From the NCBI GenBank assembly GCA_965113315.1, contig OZ220378.1: a DNA stretch of 64,000 nt; one strand, given 5' to 3'. The DNA is from Podarcis vaucheri. Its lineage: Eukaryota. The position numbers were made by a program, and so were the translations under genes. Positions within the stretch are counted from its first letter, which is position 1. Each line of letters starts with the position of its first letter. Under the pieces are notes generated by a model. That model was not told the DNA's origin, made no database searches, and saw nothing but the letters and a program-made list of their open reading frames with translations. Below, piece after piece: positions 47,801-53,309 of this stretch.

Positions 47801-50464
47801 TGTCCTCTGTTCTCCTCTGTACATGTTCCAGCTTGTCAACATCCTACTTAAATTGTGGTGCCCAGAATTGGACACAGGATTCCAGGTGTGGTCTGACAAA
47901 AGCAGAATATAGTGGGACTATTACTTCCCTTGATCTGGACACTGTACTTCTGTTGATGCAGCCTAGAATGTTAGCTTTTTTTCCTGCTGCATCACACTGT
48001 TGACTCATCTTAAGCTTGTGGTCCACAGACCCCTAGATCCTCTTCACATGTACTGCTAGTAAACCGGGTGTCTCCCATCTTATATTTGTGCATCTGGTTC
48101 TTCCTGCCTAAGTCCAGAGCTTTATATTTGTCCCTATTGAATTTCATTTTGTTAGCTTGCGCCCAGTTCTTCAATCGGTTACGGTCATTTTGAATTCTGA
48201 TTCTGTCTTCTGCAGCATTAGCTTCTCCTCCCAGTTTGGTGTCATCTGCGAATTTGATGAGCATCTTAATTCCTTCGTCCATATCATTTATAAAGACATT
48301 GAACAACAATGGGCCCAGGACAGAACCCTGCAGCACCCCACTTGTAACATTTTTCCAGGATGACGAGGAACCATTAATGGGTTCTCTTTGGGTTTGGTTA
48401 GTCAACCAGCTACAAATCCACCTAACAGTTACCTCGTTCAACCCCCATTTTACCAGCTTCCTCACAAGAATATCATGGGGGACTTTGTCAAAAGCCTTAC
48501 TGAAATTAAGATGCACTATGTCTACAGCATTTCCCTGATCCACCAAGTTTGTGATAGCATTTTTAAAAAATGCCTCTTCTGCATGAAAGCTTCTACTGCA
48601 AAGAATGTCGACTTTAAGACCCTGCAAAACTTTTTGCTGCAATATTCAGTACAGCTCCTATATAGAATTTCATAGTTTGTGAAGCTATTATCCTTTGTAA
48701 CCTTTTTGAACAAAAGTGCTGTAAGAATCAAGAATATTTCTGTAATGTATGTTTGTTCTCAGATGCTTTACAAGATTTGATCCTGTTTTTCCCCACCAGG
48801 GCTTCCTATCCTTATGTCAGCTTGGGACTGTGTTACTGCAAGTAGAGGAGCACATGAACCAGGGTATAGTAGCTGGCTTTGCCATACAGGTACCCCAATT
48901 TCAGCCCTTTGGGATAAAATAGACAAAGACACAGTTGATTCTTTCTCGTAAGCCGTGGACCTAACCAGAATAACTCTTCTACTGCTTTGCAGATTAGATG
49001 TCTGATTTTAGACTACATCATAAATGAGAAGTGTGAAGAGTTTCTAACCTCAGAATACATTCCATTCTTGAAGTTGCAGGAGATTCACCCTGGGAAACTT
49101 AAAAGCTTGGTAGAAAAACTTGTAGAAAAGAATAGGTAAGTGAGTGCAGAATTCTCAAGTTTCATTTTTCTTTGTGCTAGGAGGGCCTAATCCTACACTT
49201 CTCCACAACTGTGCCAAAGGATGTTCCCAAGCCTTTGCTTATACATGGAAGGGAGAGGTCTGGTTCATTTACAGTACCAGTGAGCCACGTGTGCATCCAG
49301 TGTAAACAAGACACTGTAGCTCCTTTGTCGCTTCCTGGGCAAAGCAAGGAAGCAGCAGGCACACAGTGGAGGAGGAGGAAGCTGGTGGGCAGCTTGAGCA
49401 CTCTTTCTCCCGAGGCAGATGATGGTGTGGAGAAGGCCAGGAGCGAAAATAAGCATCAGGGAGCAGAGAGTGTATGCAATGCAGGAGGAGAGCAGGTGGA
49501 GAAGGAGCCAGCAGTGGGTGGATCCACCGCCCCTCCAGAGGTCCAGATCCGCTGCCCCGCCCCCCTGGCATGCTATGCTTCATGCAGTGGTTTGCCATGT
49601 GCGACATATGCAACAAACGCTGCATTGGATTGTTGTCTAAATGAATACATACCTCTTCCCGCACTCCCACTGCAAAAAAACCCCTACAGGTATTGTGATT
49701 TTAGAAAACACTTGCCTCTCTTCTCTCAGTATGCACTTTTTCTTTTTTGCATAGTTCAAAAATATTGATTTGTTTTCTGCTAATGACTGCGCGTATATGT
49801 TTTATGCAGGATGGATGATGCAGCAGCCCTAATAAAAGGGTATCTTAAAACATCTAGAACTCCTCTTCCAGAGGACAGGACATCTTCAGATGTTGTGAAG
49901 GTAATAAAGCTTTTGTTAAAAAAAAGTCAACCCACCATTAGTTCTCCTGAAACGCTTTCTATCTATTGAGTTTTAAATTTGTATCCTGACCTTTGTTTCA
50001 AAGGAGCCAAGAGCATCAACCAAAATGATTGAACAAAGTCTGAGAGCATCTTAGCTGAAACATGTTAGGCCATATTTTGTGTGCATCTGCAGGAAACAAA
50101 ACTGCCAGTCTGAAAATTAAGATTCAGTAACTAATGAATTCTCAACATTTTTATTATTATATCTATTTATAGCCTGCATTTTCTCTAGACCTGGCACAGA
50201 AGGTGGTTTACACAAATTAAAAGAACACAGATAAAAATGCAAAAAGCTAAAAATAGTTAAAAAGCAATTAAACAAATGTCTTTTATAAGCTTTATCTTTT
50301 TGTATTTTATCTGTGGTGTTTTATGTAAGCCGCCTAACAGATGCAAATGTCTAATAGACATAGAATAACATACATACTTAGTACACATTCTGTTTCTTAT
50401 AGAAAACTGAGTGGCTGGTAATTTCTTTTTCTTCCTTCAGATGTACTTCAACGAGCTGGTGTAG
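2491..50464 (+). CDS. KNTC1: Kinetochore-associated protein 1 (Rod, RZZ complex); 3' 39 coding exons, 5' part outside window
   Basis: 39 AG/GT-bounded exons join in frame (4452 nt) to TAG at 50462-50464. The peptide is colinear with recalled vertebrate KNTC1 (e.g. [50 protein letters not shown]). Confidence 0.97.
3051..3612 (+). mobile_element. Solo LTR (562 bp, Gypsy/ERV1-type)
   Basis: Termini TGTTACGG...CCGTAACA; 4-bp TSD TGCC; AATAAA at 3485; internal duplicated motif ccttaatgtattc(a/g)tgatgtaa. Confidence 0.88.
3775..4424 (-). mobile_element. Solo LTR, family shared with 5308-6393
   Basis: End-to-end similarity to 5308-6393; TG...CA termini; minus-strand AATAAA near 3922; flanks (CTTC/CCAC) do not form a TSD. 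Confidence 0.8.
5308..6393 (-). mobile_element. Solo LTR inserted in a CR1, itself interrupted by a MITE
   Basis: 4-bp TSD ATGG (5304-5307 / 6394-6397); splits the CR1 codons VP|IFKKG. Confidence 0.88.
5846..6214. mobile_element. Tc1/mariner-type MITE with internal tandem repeats
   Basis: TIRs CAGTGGTGCCTCGCAAGACGAA...TTCGTCTTGCGGGGCACCACTG; TA TSD; absent at the equivalent position of the sister LTR. Confidence 0.9.
7841..7939 (+). CDS. KNTC1: KNTC1 exon w2
   Basis: tag|[33 protein letters not shown]|gtgagt. Confidence 0.93.
8072..8175 (+). CDS. KNTC1: KNTC1 exon w3
   Basis: tag|[34 protein letters not shown]|gtaaga, phase 2. Confidence 0.93.
9709..9814 (+). CDS. KNTC1: KNTC1 exon w4
   Basis: cag|[35 protein letters not shown]|gtaagt. 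Confidence 0.93.
9993..10129. mobile_element. hAT-type palindromic MITE
   Basis: Long TIRs CAGGCTTCC...GGAAGCCTG; 8-bp TSD TATTATG(T/C). Related decayed copies at about 8220-8340, 11735-11860, 38820-38935 and 46770-46860. Confidence 0.82.
10170..10304 (+). CDS. KNTC1: KNTC1 exon w5
   Basis: cag|[45 protein letters not shown]|gtgtga. Confidence 0.92.
10765..10887 (+). CDS. KNTC1: KNTC1 exon w6
   Basis: cag|[41 protein letters not shown]|gtaact. Confidence 0.92.
11077..11146 (+). CDS. KNTC1: KNTC1 exon w7
   Basis: cag|[23 protein letters not shown]|gtaaat, phase 1; divergent but fits frame. Confidence 0.85.
11242..11309 (+). CDS. KNTC1: KNTC1 exon w8
   Basis: cag|[22 protein letters not shown]|gtaagg. 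Confidence 0.9.
11474..11608. mobile_element. hAT-type MITE (CAGTGCTTTTT family)
   Basis: TIRs CAGTGCTTTT...AAATCACTG; 8-bp TSD (T/A)ATATGAT. Confidence 0.75.
12181..12425 (+). CDS. KNTC1: KNTC1 exon w9
   Basis: tag|ENFNTC...[19 protein letters not shown]|gtttaa, phase 2. Confidence 0.9.
12586..12758 (+). CDS. KNTC1: KNTC1 exon w10
   Basis: aag|[26 protein letters not shown]...CQAVTICSP|gtaatg. Confidence 0.92.
12916..13016 (+). CDS. KNTC1: KNTC1 exon w11
   Basis: cag|[33 protein letters not shown]|gtaatg; alternative donor 3 nt upstream possible. Confidence 0.88.
13565..13706 (+). CDS. KNTC1: KNTC1 exon w12
   Basis: tag|[47 protein letters not shown]|gtaacc. Confidence 0.92.
14190..14690 (+). 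mobile_element. Degenerate purine-rich solo-LTR-like element
   Basis: Glu/Arg-rich pseudo-coding stretch followed by AATAAA at about 14621, same layout as 40962-41381 and 51652-52434; termini not resolved. Confidence 0.45.
14788..15238. mobile_element. Two abutting Tc1/mariner-type MITEs (14788-15025 and about 15026-15238)
   Basis: CAGTGGTACC...ACCACTG termini with TA flanks; the second ends CCACTG-TA. Confidence 0.8.
15321..15377 (+). CDS. KNTC1: KNTC1 exon w13
   Basis: cag|[18 protein letters not shown]|gtatta, phase 1-1. Confidence 0.88.
15826..16420 (-). mobile_element. L2 LINE 3' fragment with (ATT)n tail
   Basis: Peptide [35 protein letters not shown]; (TAA)n run 15826-15875. Confidence 0.85.
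16738..16901 (+). CDS. KNTC1: KNTC1 exon w14
   Basis: tag|[54 protein letters not shown]|gtatgt. Confidence 0.92.
17554..17658 (+). CDS. KNTC1: KNTC1 exon w15
   Basis: cag|[35 protein letters not shown]|gtgaga. Confidence 0.9.
17895..18023 (+). CDS. KNTC1: KNTC1 exon w16
   Basis: aag|[43 protein letters not shown]|gtaagt. Confidence 0.93.
18771..18887 (+). CDS. KNTC1: KNTC1 exon w17
   Basis: cag|[39 protein letters not shown]|gtgagt. Confidence 0.93.
19539..19648 (+). CDS. KNTC1: KNTC1 exon w18
   Basis: tag|[36 protein letters not shown]|gtaaga, phase 2. Confidence 0.92.
20289..24163 (+). mobile_element. Poly(A)-tailed retroposon (L1-like, about 0.72 kb of own sequence), split by the L2 insertion
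   Basis: 18-bp TSD AGGAAGTTACAGGTCATG (20271-20288 / 24164-24181); AATAAA at 24133 followed by an A-tail. Confidence 0.8.
20813..23960 (-). mobile_element. Near-full-length L2-clade LINE (APE endonuclease + RT)
   Basis: 887-aa ORF 21185..23848 with [46 protein letters not shown]; (ATT)n tail; TTAAAT at both junctions; frameshift near the C-terminus. Confidence 0.95.
24285..24522. mobile_element. Tc1/mariner-type MITE
   Basis: CAGTCGTACCTC...GTACCACTG with TA TSD. Confidence 0.82.
24691..25055 (+). mobile_element. Sauria SINE (full length)
   Basis: tRNA-like head, AAGTAGATAAATAGGTA core, (ACCTTT)n tail; 10-bp TSD AATTCTCCAT. Confidence 0.9.
25567..25774 (+). CDS. KNTC1: KNTC1 exon w19
   Basis: cag|[18 protein letters not shown]...[11 protein letters not shown]|gtaaaa. 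Confidence 0.93.
26485..26574 (+). CDS. KNTC1: KNTC1 exon w20
   Basis: cag|[30 protein letters not shown]|gtaaga. Confidence 0.92.
26920..27091 (+). CDS. KNTC1: KNTC1 exon w21
   Basis: tag|[24 protein letters not shown]...[23 protein letters not shown]|gtaagt. Confidence 0.94.
27330..27890 (-). mobile_element. Old CR1-type LINE 3' fragment
   Basis: Typical squamate CR1 3' end gaacataagaagagcc...ggatcaggcc...ccatccagtcc; related relics at about 18090-18180, 19900-20070, 38575-38720 and 45000-45240. Confidence 0.65.
28216..28940 (+). mobile_element. 5'-truncated L2 copy, same family as 20813-23960
   Basis: ORF 28125..28646 C-terminus is near-identical to the long copy (LQRVQNA...[22 protein letters not shown]...CKTELF); same 3' UTR and (ATT)n tail. 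Confidence 0.92.
29235..29293 (+). CDS. KNTC1: KNTC1 exon w22
   Basis: tag|[19 protein letters not shown]|gtaatg. Confidence 0.92.
30110..30830 (+). pseudogene. Tigger/pogo transposase N-terminal relic (CENP-B-type HTH domains)
   Basis: Translates to [40 protein letters not shown]...[18 protein letters not shown]...[28 protein letters not shown], with a stop, a frameshift and an insertion. Confidence 0.8.
30428..30614. mobile_element. hAT-type MITE inserted into the Tigger relic
   Basis: 8-bp TSD GCCAAAAG (30420-30427 / 30615-30622); imperfect TIRs ..GCCAACT / AGTTGGC.. Confidence 0.85.
31398..31614 (+). CDS. KNTC1: KNTC1 exon w23
   Basis: aag|[22 protein letters not shown]...[18 protein letters not shown]|gttagc. 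Confidence 0.93.
31664..31881. mobile_element. Tc1/mariner-type MITE
   Basis: CAGTGGTACCTC...GAGGTACCACTG, TA TSD; same subfamily as 32428-32653 and 51110-51335. Confidence 0.9.
32428..32653. mobile_element. Tc1/mariner-type MITE (inverted relative to 31664-31881)
   Basis: TIRs with TA TSD; internal ttctgggttagcggagtctgtaacct is the reverse complement of the neighbouring copy. Confidence 0.9.
32972..33045 (+). CDS. KNTC1: KNTC1 exon w24
   Basis: cag|[24 protein letters not shown]|gtatta. Confidence 0.9.
33113..33925 (-). mobile_element. Young 5'-truncated CR1 LINE
   Basis: Uninterrupted ORF 33193..33957 ([42 protein letters not shown]); (TTCTATGA)n tail; TGTCATA at both junctions. Confidence 0.93.
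34786..34996 (+). CDS. KNTC1: KNTC1 exon w25
   Basis: aag|[14 protein letters not shown]...[11 protein letters not shown]...NPSGRNYP|gttagg. Confidence 0.93.
35722..35831 (+). CDS. KNTC1: KNTC1 exon w26
   Basis: tag|[36 protein letters not shown]|gtaaga. Confidence 0.93.
36320..36870 (-). mobile_element. CR1 3' fragment with internal deletion
   Basis: ORF 36294..36794 CR1 RT C-terminal motifs fused directly to the CR1 3' UTR/tail. Confidence 0.85.
37028..37258 (+). mobile_element. 5'-truncated Sauria SINE
   Basis: Matches the 3' two-thirds of 24691-25055; (ACCTTT)n tail. Confidence 0.88.
37595..37629 (+). CDS. KNTC1: KNTC1 exon w27 (35 nt)
   Basis: aag|[11 protein letters not shown](R)|gtagga; required to restore phase between flanking exons. 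Confidence 0.82.
37659..37698. repeat. (TTGG)n microsatellite
   Basis: Direct reading. Confidence 0.9.
38116..38194 (+). CDS. KNTC1: KNTC1 exon w28
   Basis: cag|[26 protein letters not shown]|gtaagt. Confidence 0.9.
39778..39896 (+). CDS. KNTC1: KNTC1 exon w29
   Basis: tag|[39 protein letters not shown]|gtgagc. Confidence 0.93.
40371..40506 (+). CDS. KNTC1: KNTC1 exon w30
   Basis: tag|[45 protein letters not shown]|gtaata. Confidence 0.94.
40740..40835 (+). CDS. KNTC1: KNTC1 exon w31
   Basis: cag|[32 protein letters not shown]|gtaaga. Confidence 0.94.
40962..41381 (-). mobile_element. Solo LTR (420 bp)
   Basis: Termini TGTCAGG...CCTGACA; 5-bp TSD CTGTG/CCGTG; minus-strand AATAAA near 41026. 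Confidence 0.82.
41417..41959. mobile_element. Penelope-like (PLE) derived palindromic element, interrupted by a SINE
   Basis: Arms aattgtccagtagcaccttagagaccaact...gtgtgcatgcacac and their reverse complement; typical reptile Penelope terminal repeat. Confidence 0.75.
41438..41801 (-). mobile_element. Sauria SINE (full length, CpG-rich, young)
   Basis: Minus-strand head gggacgcgggtggcgctgtgg...ggttcgaatccc; (ACCTTT)n tail; 12-bp TSD AGTAGCACCTTA. Confidence 0.92.
42630..42686 (+). CDS. KNTC1: KNTC1 exon w32
   Basis: cag|[19 protein letters not shown]|gtgcgt. Confidence 0.9.
42905..43310 (+). mobile_element. Highly degenerate L2 3' fragment
   Basis: Remnant L2 motifs (ctggactat...ggggttgcct...cagaaattgcggctagtccaa). 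Confidence 0.45.
43630..44130 (+). mobile_element. CR1 ORF1 (SGNH/GDSL esterase) relic
   Basis: Translates to [12 protein letters not shown]...[10 protein letters not shown]...[10 protein letters not shown], the CR1 ORF1 esterase signature. Confidence 0.75.
44210..44264 (+). CDS. KNTC1: KNTC1 exon w33
   Basis: cag|[18 protein letters not shown]|gttagc. Confidence 0.9.
44608..44765 (-). mobile_element. L2 3' UTR/tail fragment (family of 20813-23960)
   Basis: Matches 20850-20970 (ttatttatatcc(c/t)gccctccccagc...ctaacaacaa...cattataaaa). Confidence 0.8.
45838..45901 (+). CDS. KNTC1: KNTC1 exon w34
   Basis: aag|[20 protein letters not shown]|gtaaat. Confidence 0.9.
46236..46362. mobile_element. 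hAT-type MITE (CAGTGCTTTTT family)
   Basis: TIRs CAGTGCTTT...AAAGCACTG; perfect 8-bp TSD GTGATAAG. Confidence 0.88.
46544..46673 (+). CDS. KNTC1: KNTC1 exon w35
   Basis: aag|[43 protein letters not shown]|gtgagt. Confidence 0.94.
47019..47238. mobile_element. Tc1/mariner-type MITE
   Basis: CAGTGGTGCTTC...GAGGTACCACTG, TA TSD. Confidence 0.85.
47390..48560 (-). mobile_element. CR1 LINE 3' fragment (RT), frameshifted
   Basis: ORFs 48010..48642 ([25 protein letters not shown]), 47844..48026 and 47591..47899; CR1 tail at about 47390. Confidence 0.9.
48800..48889 (+). CDS. KNTC1: KNTC1 exon w36
   Basis: cag|[30 protein letters not shown]|gtaccc. Confidence 0.92.
48993..49135 (+). CDS. KNTC1: KNTC1 exon w37
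   Basis: cag|[47 protein letters not shown]|gtaagt. Confidence 0.9.
49810..49900 (+). CDS. KNTC1: KNTC1 exon w38
   Basis: cag|[30 protein letters not shown]|gtaata. Confidence 0.9.
50441..50464 (+). CDS. KNTC1: KNTC1 terminal coding exon
   Basis: Strong pyrimidine tract + cag|MYFNELV*; short C-terminus comparable to mammalian MFLSGLS*. Confidence 0.88.
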   Translation: MYFNELV

Positions 50465-51109
50465 AAGTCTTCTCATTCATATATATGCAGAAAGCCGTTT
50501 ATGAGGTCTCATTATCCTGTATAGCTATGCTTTTTGTATTTTACTTTGCTCTGTATTTAATTTGCACCAAAAATTCACTAAAAATAACTGTTACAATTCT
50601 TGTTTGAGATTTCTCTGCTTATGAAGAGAGAAACTTTGCTAAAATCAAGGCAGCCCTAAGTTTCAGGGAATTACTGCATCCTTGTTGCACTTTGAAATTA
50701 TTTGCAAATCCTATGATACTTTGATATCAAGACTGTTTTTAAACTGCTTTTATTCCAGTGCAGATAAATCTGACATTAAACCCCAACATGGCAACCACAG
50801 TGTTTTGTCACGAGCCTGACCCACCCAAGTAATTCCACTGTCATTTCAAGATGGCAGTCAACTTTCCCCAAGCCCTACCCCCCGGCCACTGCTCAACATA
50901 CCACCAGACATCTCTGCAGCAGCAGTTCCAAGCTTCAGGCTGTTGTTTGGTGCAGCAACAGTGCACAAGGCCTTGCGCTGGATGGAATTACAATATGGAC
51001 TTGTACTTTTTCAGGTTTTGTGAGGCTTCTCCCTTAGCTCTTGAAAAAATATAGTTGCCTCTCTTTTCTCCTGGTTTTCAATCCATTGGCTTGAGGAACC
51101 ACTGAAATA

Positions 51110-51335
51110 CAGTGGTACCTCGGGTTACTTATGCTTCAGGTTACAGACTCCGCTAACCCAGAAATAGTACCTCGGGTTAAGAACTTTGCTTCAGGATGAG
51201 AACAGAAATCGTGCGGTGGCAGCACGGCAGCAGCAGGAGGCCCCATTAGCTAAAGTGGTATCTCAGGTTAAGAACAGTTTCAGATTAAGAACGGACCTCC
51301 AGAACAAATTAAGTACGTAACCAGAGGTACCACTG
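51110..51335. mobile_element. Tc1/mariner-type MITE
   Basis: TIRs with TA TSD; near-identical to 31664-31881. Confidence 0.9.
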
Positions 51336-51651
51336 TACACTCAGTAGAATTTAATTTTCTGTCTAATATGTGAGACTTGGTTATTGCCTGCACACGAGGG
51401 TAGATTTGCAGTGGATTTAAGAGCACCTCCACCTTGCTTGGAAAAAGCCTTGCACTTCAAGGACGGCAAGCAAACGAGATGCGCTCTCCACTGCTACAAG
51501 ACACTATGACATATGTGGTCAGGCCTCAGACTTTCAGCTCTTCTAAGCCCCCTTGCTTGGCCAGATCAGCCTGGAAACTTTCAGGCTCAGGTGACGTTTA
51601 TCCCAATATTGCTTTCTACCTGTCCTGTACATTTGCCCCCCAGTATCATGG

Positions 51652-52434
51652 TGTCAGGGCTGCCTCAGGTCTCAGCTCACAAAAGACCAACGCCAAGCTC
51701 TTCTTATATACAAGGATGTTTATTGCAGTTCATTATTGGTTCCACAACCGAGGCGCGCAGCCCCGAGTCTCTAACGTCAGACATTTGAAGTCCCCTCTGA
51801 ATCGGTCCCGCCCCTGCACCAACTTAAGAGGCTTGTGCTAGACCACCTCTTCCTGTCTTTCCTTTTCCGCAGGGTCTTTCTGCCCCCCTGGGTTCCTTCC
51901 CTCCTGCTCTCTCCTGAAGCGGATTCCTGAGATGCCTGTTCCCCCCTCCTTCGTGCTTTGGGGCTGGGCTCCTCCTCCGGGCTTTCTCCATTTCCGCGCG
52001 CCTCCACATTTGAACTTGGCGCGCGCTCGCTACCCCTGACCTTCCTTTTGACACTTACACTACTCCCTGTACTACTCTCCGCCTCTTCCGGCAGGACGTT
52101 CTCCCCAGATCTCCTTCCCCTGTCTCTTTCCTGCTCCGCTCCGTGTGTCACACTGGGAACCCCCCTCTCTTCCCTTCGTTCCTGCTGGGAAGCCGGCCCC
52201 GCTCTCCCACTCCCGCTCGGGATTTCCCTGCTGCTTCCCTGCTCCTGGCAGGTCCCCCCTGTGACCCCCCTTGTCCTGACTAGGGGCGCCCCCTCCTGAG
52301 AATCCTCCGATTCACTTGAGAGACTCATGGAAGATCTCAAGTCATTGTCATCCTCTTCCTCACTGTCCTGGGATTCTTCCTCGTCGCTCTCCGTCTCCTC
52401 CCTCACCTGTGCCTCTGTCTCTGAACCCCTGACA
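51652..52434 (-). mobile_element. Solo LTR (783 bp) carrying a long ORF
   Basis: Termini TGTCAGGG...CCCTGACA; perfect 5-bp TSD CATGG; minus-strand AATAAA at about 51719-51724. Confidence 0.9.
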
Positions 52435-53309
52435 CATGGTTTCTTCAACTAGGATAGAGCGCCACATACGTTATTCTCAGCAAAGGAATCCCAGCCCAAA
52501 ACAGCCCCAACCTCAAGGAAGAAGACAGAAACAGAAAGCTTATGACCAATTCTTATGTTCTTATATTGCTGGACAATGAGCCCATTTGGATGGGGTGAGA
52601 GAGGTCACTTCCAACATCTCTCTGTTCCACACTGAATAAATTTATGTTGCCATTTCTATGCTATTTAACATAATTCTTTCTCTTTTGGAGGGAGACTCAT
52701 GGCCAAGAATAGACTCCAAAATGGCCACATGGCTGAGGTTCCCCCCCCCCCCCCGTGCAATTCAGCATCTGGAAGAGTCGAGAAATTCGTAACATGACCA
52801 GCTCCCTTTCTGGTGCATTCATCCACTGAGTGTAAAAGAAGAGAGGATGGAGACCTCTTTCAAGTTAATGTCATGAGTCCTGCTTCTAGCAGCAATCAGA
52901 CATGGAGCTGCAGTGACATCAGAGGAGAAGCTGGTTCAGGGCTCAGAGCTGCTGCTGGACGTAGGGTGACCCCCCCCCCCACCTGAGCTGTTGGACAGGA
53001 GCCTCCCAGACTACCAGGGGCTATAAGGACCAGAGCCCCTCCCACCACCCATGACCAGTCTGGCAATGCCAGGGCTTTTCAGAAGGGAGGCTGCAGTGTG
53101 CCTGCCTTCAGGCCAGAGGTTGGCTGCCCTTCAAGGTTGAAGGCTCTCAGAGCAGGGGAGCCTGGTGCCAGAGGCATCCAAGGTGTCTGTCTGCCTGCCT
53201 TTCTGCTCCCAACCTTTGCTGCAGCAAGCTGCTCCCTCTGCCCCCCTCAGCCCAGCAACCTTTGGCCAGACGTGCCTCTTTTTCTGTGGGATCCCAGTCT
53301 CGGATCAGA

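Noticed and set aside
49211-49768. 185-aa intronic ORF
   Set aside because: Non-ATG start, no recognisable homology, and not needed for the KNTC1 frame; probably a repeat-derived or chance ORF.
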